Shown one piece after another: positions 52,387 through 61,054 of a stretch of DNA of 64,000 bases (positions are counted from its first letter, which is position 1; every line of letters starts with the position of its first letter). A model generated the notes under the pieces. The model was not told the origin of the DNA. It did not search any database and worked only from the letters and a program-made list of their open reading frames with translations. The DNA comes from Omnitrophica bacterium GWA2_41_15 (GTDB taxonomy: Bacteria; Omnitrophota; Gorgyraeia; Ghiorseimicrobiales; Ghiorseimicrobiaceae). The position numbers and the translations under genes are program-made. The DNA lies in contig CAKKQO010000037.1 of NCBI GenBank assembly GCA_919902105.1, positions 5,598-69,597 on the forward strand, written 5' to 3'.

Positions 52387-53876
52387 TTCAATGCCTCCTT
52401 ATCAACCTTACCTACCCTGTTTTTTGGTATAGAGCCAACAAATTCTATTCTCTGTGGCACTTTAAAGTGCGCAAGGTGCTCTTGGCAAAAAACCCTTAAA
52501 TCACTCTCGCAAAGATCGCTGCGTTTGTTTTTAACGACAAATGCCTTAATAGTTTCCCCTCTTAACTTATCCGGCACTCCGATAACCGCGGCCTCTAAAA
52601 TATCTTGATGCTTATGCAGGGCTGCTTCTACTTCCGGCGCATAGACTAATTGTCCGGAAACCTTAATCATTTCTTTTTTTCTGCCTGCGATATATAAAAA
52701 CCTTTCTTCATTAAACCTGCCTAAATCTCCGGTATAAAACCAGCCGTTTTTTAGCACACGGTTTGTTTCTTGCGGGTTTTTATAATAACCCTTCATTACT
52801 ACCCAGCTTTTTATGGCTACCTCTCCTATTTCACCAGGCGCAACCGGCTCATCTTTTTCGTCGATGATGGAGATTTCAATCCATGGCGCGGGCTTACCGA
52901 CGCTGGCGATATTTTTACTACCTAAGGGGATAACTGTATTCGGCGGGCAGGTTTCGGTTAGCCCCCAGCCGTTTAAAAGATGCGTATTCGGGCAGTATTG
53001 ATGAAAACGCGCCAGGACATCGGAGCTGCTGGGCGCGCCAAAGACCACCATCCAGCGCAAGGAAGATAAATCATGCCTCTCGAACTCTTTTAGCTGTAAA
53101 ATCGCATAATACATTGAAGGCACAATATGAAAACAAGTTACTTTATACCTTTCAATGTTCTTTAAGAATTCAAGTGGTGAAAACCGTTCCATTAGAACCA
53201 GTGTAATATTAAAACAGACACAGTTCTGGATATAGATTAATCCGCCGCTGTGTGAAAGCGGAAGACTTGAAAGTTTTATGTCTTTCTCGGTCAGGTCAAC
53301 AAAATATTTCATTGCCTCGGGCGAGCCGGATAGATGTTTATAGGTAAGTAATACACCCTTGGGATTTCCGCTGGTGCCCGAAGTATACATTATTAAGGCA
53401 TCGTCAGTTTCCGAGACTTGATTTTGCGGGGTAATACTTTCGGCATTATGCATAATTTCTTCAAAACTAATGAATTCGCCGCTATCTTTCCCCAAAATAA
53501 TAATATTTTCCAAAGATTTTACCTGTTTTTTAATTTCTTCCAAAGATACATCCGGCTTTCTTGCGGTAATAAGGAGTTTAGTTTCGGAATGTTTCAGGCA
53601 GGAAATTAACTCTTCGTTCTTAAACATAAAATCAAGAGGGACAACCGTCACGCCTAAGCAAAACAAAGATAAGTAACTATAGACATATTCCGGGCAATTC
53701 GGAAGATAAATTGCTGCCTTATCCTGTTTCTTTACGCCATTTTTTTTAAGCGCCTCGGCTAACTTAAAGACGTTATCTTTTAGTCGGCTAAAGCTTACGG
53801 CGTTATCCTTAAAGATTAAGGCAGGTTTATCAGGCGAGATTTTGGCGTTGTGGATTAGGAGCTTTATTGTATCCAT
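52377..53876 (-). CDS. AMP-dependent synthetase/ligase (acyl-CoA synthetase family)
   Basis: AMP-binding motif I YTSGTSGNPKGV, plus GWGLTE and a C-terminal Lys motif. Confidence 0.85.
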   Translation of the reverse strand: MDTIKLLIHNAKISPDKPALIFKDNAVSFSRLKDNVFKLAEALKKNGVKKQDKAAIYLPNCPEYVYSYLSLFCLGVTVVPLDFMFKNEELISCLKHSETKLLITARKPDVSLEEIKKQVKSLENIIILGKDSGEFISFEEIMHNAESITPQNQVSETDDALIMYTSGTSGNPKGVLLTYKHLSGSPEAMKYFVDLTEKDIKLSSLPLSHSGGLIYIQNCVCFNITLVLMERFSPLEFLKNIERYKVTCFHIVPSMYYAILQLKEFERHDLSSLRWMVVFGAPSSSDVLARFHQYCPNTHLLNGWGLTETCPPNTVIPLGSKNIASVGKPAPWIEISIIDEKDEPVAPGEIGEVAIKSWVVMKGYYKNPQETNRVLKNGWFYTGDLGRFNEERFLYIAGRKKEMIKVSGQLVYAPEVEAALHKHQDILEAAVIGVPDKLRGETIKAFVVKNKRSDLCESDLRVFCQEHLAHFKVPQRIEFVGSIPKNRVGKVDKEALKCQ

Positions 53877-53916
53877 AGTAAAATTTTACTACCTTCACAA
53901 TAGTAAAATTTTACTA
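53876..53916. promoter_or_regulatory. Two identical, perfectly palindromic 16-mers TAGTAAAATTTTACTA (53876-53891 and 53901-53916) bracketing the RBS of the acyl-CoA ligase gene, directly downstream of the PadR gene
   Basis: Read directly from the sequence. On the mRNA the order is palindrome, UUGUGAAGG, palindrome, AUG. Confidence 0.7.
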
Positions 53917-54053
53917 AATTTAAGGCAGTTTGTCAAATGATTTTATTGTCCGCTGTATGTTTTTTACTGTTACTTTTAGTTTTTTCGCTGGGTTGGCATG
54001 AAAATAATACAAGGCATAAAGGCAGAGTTAATGTTATAAAAAATATTTTTTTG

Positions 54054-54632
54054 TTAAAATGCGCATTTAATTAAGTATCGGCTGAACTTTATTTCTGTTT
54101 TTATAAGTTCAATATTATGCCGAATAATTAGGGCCAAGGAATGTTTTCTTCTATTTTTTTCAAGGTCTTCTTCCGTTTTGATTAACCAGTTTTCTATGCG
54201 TTTAAGCCAATTCATTCTCTGGCACAGGCGTTTCTCTACCATATTTTTATCCGTATATTTTAAAAAATAAAGCGATACATCCGTATTGATAAACGGACGC
54301 TCAAGCATTAAAAAATTCTTATAGAGCATCTTTTTGAATGCGGCTCTGCCTTTTTGCGTGATATGGTAAACGAATTTTTCATGGTGTTTTTTTGTTTTTA
54401 TGTGTTTTTCGCTAAGTAATCCCTCCTTTTGCATCCGTCTTAAGGGATAATAAATAGATGTGCTCTCGATTGAGGCGTATTTTGCGGCAATTTCGCGGAT
54501 GAGTTTCTTGATTTGATAGCCATGTTTAGGGCCGTCCATCAAGAGCCCAAGAATGATTAAATCTTGTATCATAGATATTGTGCTTGTCCCGAATGCTGTT
54601 TTCCTTCGCAGTATTACTTCGGGATCCCGCAT
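54054..54632 (-). CDS. PadR-family transcriptional regulator
   Basis: ILGLLMDGPKHGYQIKKLI...IYYPLRRMQKEGLL is the PadR winged-HTH pattern. Confidence 0.7.
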   Translation of the reverse strand: MRDPEVILRRKTAFGTSTISMIQDLIILGLLMDGPKHGYQIKKLIREIAAKYASIESTSIYYPLRRMQKEGLLSEKHIKTKKHHEKFVYHITQKGRAAFKKMLYKNFLMLERPFINTDVSLYFLKYTDKNMVEKRLCQRMNWLKRIENWLIKTEEDLEKNRRKHSLALIIRHNIELIKTEIKFSRYLIKCAF

Positions 54633-54645
54633 TTGAAAATTTTAT

Positions 54646-54719
54646 TGGAGCGAGCGATGGGAATCGAACCCACATATATAGCTTGGAAGGCTATTGTTCT
54701 ACCACTGAACTACGCTCGC
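54646..54719 (-). tRNA. tRNA-Gly (anticodon UCC)
   Basis: Folded by hand. Acceptor stem GCGAGCG/CGCUCGC, anticodon stem ATAGC/GCTAT, loop CTTCCAA, T-arm GGTTCGATTCC, CCA encoded. Confidence 0.85.
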
Positions 54720-54764
54720 ATATATAAATGATAAATACCAAATTTCAAATGACAAATTACAAAA

Positions 54765-55529
54765 TTATGATTTTTGTTTTAATTCTTCGCGGTCGAATTT
54801 GTTGGTGCGGATTTTGGCTAATTCCCAGCTGTAGTCATAAAGATGCAAACCTTTACTGACCGCGATAATCTCGCCATCTTCTACGCCGATTTCGTCAGCC
54901 ATATAATTTTTGACCAATTGCAGGCCGCCACAATTAGAGGGAAACCCTCCCCAAAGATCCCATGACCTAAAATAGAGGATGAAATGCAGTTTGCCGTACC
55001 TGATGCGCGTGTCAATCAGGCGCAGGCATGGCGGATCGGCTAATTTAATATCGCTAGGCATCCCAATTTCCATTATTGCCTGATTTGTGCCGTGGCCCTG
55101 GGTTTTATAGATTTTAATGACTTCTTCCACTTGGTTACATTCTAGAGGAATCTCTTTTATTAGTCCGCTTGCAACATCGATTTTTACTCTGATTTTAGGA
55201 TCGACTAATCTTTCGCCGTAGGTATAATCTTCGGTATTGGTCTTTTGGCCGGTAAGAAGATAACTTAAGTATGAGTTTATATAGTCCATATCTGTCGGCG
55301 GCGGGATATTCATTCCTTCCGGAATTATGGGAATTATTTGACGGGAGGGTTTTTTCACTCGCACACTTACAAAATCAAATTCAAGCCGTTTTTGGCCTTT
55401 ATAACTGCCGCGGTCAATAGTATAGATATGGCCTTTATCAAGGATTTGATAGAGGCATTGAAACCAGGCATCATCTAAGTCAAAGGCGTCGATATGGACG
55501 GGAGTTAGGAATGTTTCTTTTTCGGGCAT
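54765..55529 (-). CDS. Divergent thymidylate-synthase (ThyA) family protein
   Basis: LADPPCLRLIDTRIRYGKLHFILYFRSWDLWGGFPSNCGG aligns to the ThyA stretch PPCH..FQFYV.DGKLS.QLYQRSxDxxLGxPFNIASYA. Confidence 0.6.
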   Translation of the reverse strand: MPEKETFLTPVHIDAFDLDDAWFQCLYQILDKGHIYTIDRGSYKGQKRLEFDFVSVRVKKPSRQIIPIIPEGMNIPPPTDMDYINSYLSYLLTGQKTNTEDYTYGERLVDPKIRVKIDVASGLIKEIPLECNQVEEVIKIYKTQGHGTNQAIMEIGMPSDIKLADPPCLRLIDTRIRYGKLHFILYFRSWDLWGGFPSNCGGLQLVKNYMADEIGVEDGEIIAVSKGLHLYDYSWELAKIRTNKFDREELKQKS

Positions 55530-55614
55530 TTTAAAAGTATCAAAGAGTCAAAGCGCCAAAGATTCAAAGTTTTTTACTTTGATGCTCTGACACTTTGATA
55601 CTCTGATGCTAACA

Positions 55615-55699
55615 TGGTGGGCAGGAGAGGGTTCGAACCTCTGAAGCATTGCGCAACAGATTTACAGTCTGTCCCCTTTGGCCACTTGGGTACCTGCCC
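55615..55699 (-). tRNA. tRNA-Tyr (anticodon GUA), long variable arm
   Basis: Acceptor stem GGGCAGG/CCTGCCC, anticodon stem-loop ACAGA-CTGTAAA-TCTGT, long extra arm, GGTTCGAACCC T-arm, CCA encoded. Confidence 0.85.
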
Positions 55700-56005
55700 G
55701 TCGTTCACTATAGATATTGATATGGTTGTCTACGCAAAAAAATAATAGTAATTAGTTTATCAAAAATTTCATTGGGAAACTATGACGTTCACTCCTTAAA
55801 GAAAAACCCTGATGGTTTTTCTTTAATATTTCTTTTCCTTCCGCAAGGATGCGAACGCCTCTGGAGAGAAAACAATCTTTTCTCTCCAGTCCTCTCTTTT
55901 TAGGTTTTCGGCTGTTGATTTTATATCCCGCTTTGCGGGATAACAGCCTTCGAACCTTATTTTGCTTTACTCAAGTTTAAATATCAAAAAATCGAAATAT
56001 TTCTA
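55700..56005 (-). other. Structured, non-coding spacer of about 300 nt between tRNA-Thr and tRNA-Tyr with at least three strong hairpins
   Basis: Hairpins CTGGAGAGAAAA-caatc-TTTTCTCTCCAG (12-bp stem) and GGCTGTT...ATCCCGC-tttg-GCGGGAT...AACAGCC, plus CCTT-GCGG-AAGG. No ORF is present. Confidence 0.4.
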
Positions 56006-56081
56006 TGGAGCTGGCGAGAGGACTTGAACCTCCGGCCTGAGGTTTACAAAACCCCTGCTCTACCAACTGAGCTACGCCAGC
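56006..56081 (-). tRNA. tRNA-Thr (anticodon UGU)
   Basis: Acceptor stem GCTGGCG/CGCCAGC, anticodon loop TTTGTAA, T-arm GGAGGTTCAAGTCCTCT, CCA encoded. Confidence 0.85.
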
Positions 56082-56082
56082 G

Positions 56083-56943
56083 TCAACTACATTTTTTAAT
56101 TGCCGCGGGGATTTTTTCGATGATGTCCGAAGCAATCATTCCCAGCTGTGTTTTTTCGTGAGCGGCAAGGTCGCCAGCTAAACCGTGAATATAGACGCCG
56201 TATTTTGCGGAGTTAAACGCATCTAACCCTTGCGCTAAAAATGCGCCGATGATGCCGCTTAATACATCGCCTGATCCGGCTGTGGCCATTCCCGGGTTTC
56301 CGGTTTTGTTTAGATAAATATTGTTTTTATCTGCAACAAGCGTATTATGGCCTTTTAGCACAACCGTAATATTATAATCAGAAGCCACTCTTTTTGCAAC
56401 ACTTTTACGGTTTTTGTTTATTTCAGCGATACTTAAGCCGGTCAGCCTTGACATCTCTCCGGGGTGAGGTGTTAATATCGTCGTTCGTCGTTCGTCGTTC
56501 GTCGTTCGTAGGATATTTAGATGGTCGGTTAATGCGTTCAGACCGTCAGCGTCGATGACCATTGGCTTGGGGCAATTTTGGATAATCCTGCGAATTAACT
56601 TTTGCGTGGCTTTATTCTGCGACAGCCCCGGGCCGATCACTAATACGTCTGCTTTTTTGTCCAAAAATTCGCTGATTTGCGGGTAGGCTTTGAGGCTTAA
56701 TGTTTTATCTTTGGTTTCGGCGAGCGGTTTTAGCATCAGCTCGACTATACGCCGGGCAAAAATATTATGCAGGGAGCCAGCTATGCCTAAAGTTACTAAT
56801 CCTGCGCCGCAACGTAAGCAAGCGGTTGCGGTAAGTATTGCCGAGCCCGTCATTCCTAACGAGCCGGCTAAAATAAATACGTGCCCAAAGTCGCCTTTAT
56901 GAGCGTTAGCCTTTCTTTGTAATAATTGCGCTGGCAACCGCAT
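56083..56943 (-). CDS. nnr: ADP-dependent NAD(P)H-hydrate dehydratase (YjeF C-terminal family)
   Basis: KGDFGHVFILAGS...LTPHPGEMSRL...GNPGMATAGSGDVLSG. Contains the heptamer repeat at 56482-56509. Confidence 0.8.
   Translation of the reverse strand: MRLPAQLLQRKANAHKGDFGHVFILAGSLGMTGSAILTATACLRCGAGLVTLGIAGSLHNIFARRIVELMLKPLAETKDKTLSLKAYPQISEFLDKKADVLVIGPGLSQNKATQKLIRRIIQNCPKPMVIDADGLNALTDHLNILRTTNDERRTTILTPHPGEMSRLTGLSIAEINKNRKSVAKRVASDYNITVVLKGHNTLVADKNNIYLNKTGNPGMATAGSGDVLSGIIGAFLAQGLDAFNSAKYGVYIHGLAGDLAAHEKTQLGMIASDIIEKIPAAIKKCS
56482..56509. repeat. Heptanucleotide tandem repeat (TCGTTCG)x4 inside the nnr CDS, encoding TNDERRTT
   Basis: atatcgtcgttcgtcgttcgtcgttcgtcgttcgtagg; the minus strand reads (ACGAACG)x4. 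Confidence 0.8.
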
Positions 56944-57262
56944 AATCTTTAATGTGGGAAATAGAAAGCGAAATTTTATATTTTTTATCCGCCTTGGTTA
57001 ACTTTACTATTGGTTTTCCGGATTGATTGTTGGTGATTTCTATGTCTTTAAAGGCGAATTCCGCAGAACCTGCAGCTTTAATCACCGCTTCTTTGGCGGC
57101 AAACCTGCCGGCTAAGTGTTCATAACTGAAGCGTTTACTTTTAGCATAGGCAATCTCTTTATCAGTAAAGACGCGGCTTAAAAACAAATCGCCCCATCTT
57201 TTAACCGACTGTTTGAGCCGTTTTACTTCGACGATATCTATGCCGGTGCCGATTATTTCCAT
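56906..57262 (-). CDS. acpS: Holo-[acyl-carrier-protein] synthase
   Basis: MEIIGTGIDIVEVKRL...RFAAKEAVIKA. Confidence 0.8.
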   Translation of the reverse strand: MEIIGTGIDIVEVKRLKQSVKRWGDLFLSRVFTDKEIAYAKSKRFSYEHLAGRFAAKEAVIKAAGSAEFAFKDIEITNNQSGKPIVKLTKADKKYKISLSISHIKDYAVASAIITKKG

Positions 57263-57264
57263 AA

Positions 57265-57310
57265 ACCGATTTCACCCCCGCGGTGCACGTTTACGTACAC
57301 CGCGGGGGTG
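57265..57310. repeat. GC-rich palindrome CACCCCCGCGGTG-N12-CACCGCGGGGGTG between pdxJ and acpS
   Basis: Read directly from the sequence. It abuts the acpS start codon. Confidence 0.6.
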
Positions 57311-57316
57311 TGTAAT

Positions 57317-58105
57317 CTATCGTGGGTTTATTAACCCCAGCATTTCCTTGACCGCATTTTCTAACCCGACAAATACCGCCCGGGTAATTATGGAATAGCC
57401 AATATTTAATTCTTCGACTTCAGGGATGTTTACTATTGGCGTAACATTCTCATAATCAAGGCCATGACCGGCAAAAACTGCAAGGCCGATTTCCGCAGCA
57501 AAACGCGCGGATTTTTTTATCTGCGCTAATTCTTTATTCTTTTCTTTAGCGGCAGCGTTAGCGTATCTTCCTGTATGTAATTCGATGGCATTGGCGTTAA
57601 TCTCTTTAGCCATATCGATTTGGCAGATATCTGGTTCGATAAATAAACTTACTTTAATGCCGCTGTCTTTTAGTTTATCTATAACGTTTCTAACTTTTAA
57701 TTTTAAGGAAATTATGTCCAGGCCGCCTTCGGTAGTCAATTCAGCTCGTTTTTCCGGGACTAAAGTTGCTTGTTCAGGCTTAGTTTTTATGGCGATAGCC
57801 ACAATTTCCGGATCAATGGACATCTCTAAATTTAAATGCGTAGTTACGCTCTCTTTAAGCCGCTTTAAGTCATTGTCATTAATATGGCGGCGGTCTTCCC
57901 TGAGATGCGCCACAATTCCATCTGCTCCGGCGCGCTCAACCACCCTTGCCGCCTTAACAGGATCCGGATACGTTCCTTTCCGGAGTTGCCGCAAGGTCGC
58001 AATATGGTCGATATTCACCCCTAATCTTTTTACCCCGTTAGAGATAGGTCGTCTTTCGACGACCGTCTCTGTATCTGATATTCTTCTATTGCGCAAGCGC
58101 TTCAT
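57317..58105 (-). CDS. pdxJ: Pyridoxine 5'-phosphate synthase
   Basis: GVNIDHIATLRQLRKGTYPDPV...AHLREDRRHI. Confidence 0.9.
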   Translation of the reverse strand: MKRLRNRRISDTETVVERRPISNGVKRLGVNIDHIATLRQLRKGTYPDPVKAARVVERAGADGIVAHLREDRRHINDNDLKRLKESVTTHLNLEMSIDPEIVAIAIKTKPEQATLVPEKRAELTTEGGLDIISLKLKVRNVIDKLKDSGIKVSLFIEPDICQIDMAKEINANAIELHTGRYANAAAKEKNKELAQIKKSARFAAEIGLAVFAGHGLDYENVTPIVNIPEVEELNIGYSIITRAVFVGLENAVKEMLGLINPR

Positions 58106-58156
58106 TATAATACAAATTTTGTAATTTTAGGGTTGAAGTGTTATCTCTAACGGGGT

Positions 58157-59062
58157 TTATTTTATTTGGCATTGTATGATTGCATCGCAGACATCGGCTA
58201 CATTACGCATCTGGCCTATGTCATGCATGCGGACAATATGCGCGCCCTGGGCAATGCTTAAGGCTACTGCCGCGGCTGTGCCGAAGATGCGCTCTTGGAC
58301 ATCCTTGTTTAGAATTTTCCCGATAAAGGACTTTCGGGACGGCCCCACTAAAATAGGCCGCTTCAAAACCTCAAACTCTCTCAGCCGATTTATAATTTCT
58401 AAATTATGTTCGGCAGTTTTTCCAAATCCTATTCCGGGGTCTATTATTATTTTATCCGGATTTATGCCAGAATCAACAGCTATTTCTATTTTTTTAGAAA
58501 GATACTTAATAATTTCAGGGATTAAAGATTTATAGTGAGGCCTATTTTGCATGTCCTGCGGCCTGCCCTGCATATGCATAAGCACAACCGCGGCATCATA
58601 TTTTTTTATTATTTCCGGCATTTTTTTGTCAGAGAGCGCTGTGATGTCATTAACGAAAGAAGCCCCATTATCTAATGCGGCTTGAGCAACTTCATGTTTA
58701 TAGGTATCGATAGAAAGAGGAATCTTTATTTTTTTTGCTAATACCTTTATCAGAGGAATAACCCGATTTAATTCTTCTTTGACCGATATAGGCTTTGCTC
58801 CGGGCCGGCTTGATTCACCGCCGATATCCAAAATATCTGCCCCATCTTTCATCATCTCTTTCGCTATATTGATAATTTTATTTGCTTCTAGCTTGGAGCT
58901 TGCAGCCTGCAGCCTGTAAAGCCCATCTCCGCTAAAGGAATCTGGCGTAAGGTTTAATATTCCCATTATCTGGGTACGTTCTCCAAGTCTTAGTTTGAAT
59001 CCTCTGGCTTTCAGAATAAAGCTTTGCCGCAGGGAAATCCTGTCGTTATGGGATGGTTTCAT
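58157..59062 (-). CDS. folP: Dihydropteroate synthase
   Basis: ILNLTPDSFSGDG...DIGGESSRPG. Confidence 0.85.
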   Translation of the reverse strand: MKPSHNDRISLRQSFILKARGFKLRLGERTQIMGILNLTPDSFSGDGLYRLQAASSKLEANKIINIAKEMMKDGADILDIGGESSRPGAKPISVKEELNRVIPLIKVLAKKIKIPLSIDTYKHEVAQAALDNGASFVNDITALSDKKMPEIIKKYDAAVVLMHMQGRPQDMQNRPHYKSLIPEIIKYLSKKIEIAVDSGINPDKIIIDPGIGFGKTAEHNLEIINRLREFEVLKRPILVGPSRKSFIGKILNKDVQERIFGTAAAVALSIAQGAHIVRMHDIGQMRNVADVCDAIIQCQIK

Positions 59063-59091
59063 GTGTCAAGCGAGTTTTAGGCCCTGTAGAA

Positions 59092-60990
59092 TTAGGAGGC
59101 AGTTGTAGCGGGAGTTTTATCTTTATTAGTATCAGTTATACCTAAGCCGGTGATTTTTTTAACTTCTTCGACATCTAAAACCTCTTTTTCTAAGAGCGTA
59201 TTGGCTAAAAGCGTAAGTTTGTCTCTGTGCTGCTCTATGAGGGTTTTAGCGCGCTCATAAGCGTGATAAATTATCTTTCTGACCTCTTCATCGATGAGCT
59301 TAGCGGTTTCTTCGCTATAATCCCTTTCTTCCATAATGTCACGGCCTAAAAATAACGGGCCATGGTGCGAACCGAGGGTAATATTGCCGATTTTTTCGCT
59401 CATTCCGAATTCACAGACCATTTTCCGGGCAAGTTTACTTGTCCGTCCTAAGTCGTCCTGAGCGCCGGTAGTAATCTCGCCCAATATCATTTGCTCAGCC
59501 ACCCTCCCCGCTAAACTCACAGTCAAAATGGCAAGCAATTCATTCTTTGAATAATTATGTTTATCCTCCTGCGGTGGCATAAGCGTATAACCTCCGGCCA
59601 TACCCCGGGGGATGATTGAGACTTTTGTTAAGGGATTTGCCTCCGGTATTAAAAGCGATAACAGCGCATGGCCGGCTTCATGGAATGCCGTAATCTCCCT
59701 TTCGCGTTTAGAGATTATTCTGCTTTTTGTCTCCGGCCCCATAATTACTCGCTCCATCGCCGCTTCCATTTCTTTTACAGTAACCGCTTCTTTATTAAAA
59801 CGCGCCGCCAAGAGTGCAGCTTCATTACATAAATTTGCTAAATCGGCACCTGAAAATCCGGAAGTTTGCCTGGCAATGGCTTTTAAATCTACTTCCGGGG
59901 CAAGTTTAATTTTACGCGTATGCACCTTTAATATTGCCTCTCTACCTACGATATCGGGCAGATTAACGACTATGTGCCGGTCAAACCTTCCGGGGCGCAG
60001 TAACGCCGGATCTAAGGTATCAGGACGGTTAGTTGCAGCAATAATGATTAAACCCTCGGTGGTATCGAAGCCATCCATCTCTGACAAGAGCTGGTTTAAA
60101 GTCTGTTCTCTTTCATCATGCCCGCCGCCAATGCCTGCAAAACGCTGCCTGCCAACAGCGTCTATTTCGTCAATAAATACAATGCCGCCCTTGCCTGAAA
60201 TTTTTGCCGCATGCCTGCCCTGTTCAAAAAGGTCACGCACACGCGATGCTCCCACACCAACGAACATCTCTACGAAATCCGAGCCGCTGATAGAAAAAAA
60301 CGGCACCCCTGCTTCTCCTGCTACTGCTTTGGCTAAAAGTGTTTTTCCGCATCCGGGGGGGCCTACGAGTAAAACTCCTTTGGGAATTTTTCCTCCCAGT
60401 TTTTGGAATCTCTTTGGGTCTTTTAGGAATTCAATTACTTCCTGCAGTTCTTCTTTTGCCTCTTCTATGCCGGCTACATCCTGAAAGGTTATTTTTTTAG
60501 CGGATAAATCTTCCTGGGGTTTAGAGCGTATTTTTCCAAATGACCAAATTTTGTTGCCTAATTGATTTCCGCGATAGCTAAAATACCAGAGAAAGGCGAT
60601 AAAAAGAACCATCGGGCCTAAAGTATAAAACAGGCTCGCCCAGAAAGTCTTTAAGGGTTTTATTTCAAATTGCCCAACGTTATTTCGCAATAAAGGGATT
60701 AAATCAGAATCTCCCTCGGGAATATTCACAATAAATCTTTCGCCGTCACTAAACTCTCCTTGAAGCATACTTTCAGTTTTAGAAACAGACTTTATCCTTA
60801 GGTTGCTGGGATTTTCTTTAAGCAGGCGATAGAATTCTCCATAGCTGAGCTCTTTAGCGCCCCCCTTAACTCCAATGTTCGGATAAAGCATATATAACAA
60901 AGCGAGGAAAATGGCTATGCTTAATATCAACCTTCGTAAGACAAAGTTATCCTTCGGCGCCTTTTTATTATTACTTGCTGTTTTGTTCAT
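59092..60990 (-). CDS. ftsH: ATP-dependent zinc metalloprotease FtsH
   Basis: AAA motif [26 protein letters not shown] region, and the HEAGHAL zinc motif. Confidence 0.95.
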   Translation of the reverse strand: MNKTASNNKKAPKDNFVLRRLILSIAIFLALLYMLYPNIGVKGGAKELSYGEFYRLLKENPSNLRIKSVSKTESMLQGEFSDGERFIVNIPEGDSDLIPLLRNNVGQFEIKPLKTFWASLFYTLGPMVLFIAFLWYFSYRGNQLGNKIWSFGKIRSKPQEDLSAKKITFQDVAGIEEAKEELQEVIEFLKDPKRFQKLGGKIPKGVLLVGPPGCGKTLLAKAVAGEAGVPFFSISGSDFVEMFVGVGASRVRDLFEQGRHAAKISGKGGIVFIDEIDAVGRQRFAGIGGGHDEREQTLNQLLSEMDGFDTTEGLIIIAATNRPDTLDPALLRPGRFDRHIVVNLPDIVGREAILKVHTRKIKLAPEVDLKAIARQTSGFSGADLANLCNEAALLAARFNKEAVTVKEMEAAMERVIMGPETKSRIISKREREITAFHEAGHALLSLLIPEANPLTKVSIIPRGMAGGYTLMPPQEDKHNYSKNELLAILTVSLAGRVAEQMILGEITTGAQDDLGRTSKLARKMVCEFGMSEKIGNITLGSHHGPLFLGRDIMEERDYSEETAKLIDEEVRKIIYHAYERAKTLIEQHRDKLTLLANTLLEKEVLDVEEVKKITGLGITDTNKDKTPATTAS

Positions 60991-61054
60991 CGTAGATATT
61001 TCTCCTCTAATCGTTTAGTATTGTATAACAAACAAAAGGTTTAATCAAGATTTA

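Noticed and set aside
52446-52462. Sigma-54-like TGGCACTTTAAAGTGC on the plus strand
   Set aside because: GG to GC spacing is off by one from consensus, it lies inside a minus-strand CDS, and no plus-strand gene follows.
55801-55860. Possible SRP (4.5S) RNA: GCGGAAGGAA resembles the domain IV CCGGAAGGAAGCAGC
   Set aside because: The flanks do not reproduce the symmetric loop (no AGGUCAGG or AGCAGCC), and the GGAA would not sit in a closed tetraloop. Kept only as a 'structured spacer'.
1944-56509. Short tandem heptamer arrays as a CRISPR array
   Set aside because: Units are 7 nt and contiguous with no spacers, and they lie inside coding sequences. No cas genes are present. Not CRISPR.
57213-57398. 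Plus-strand ORF across the pdxJ-acpS intergenic palindrome
   Set aside because: It is just the translation of a GC-rich hairpin plus the antisense of flanking genes. There is no RBS or plausible start codon.
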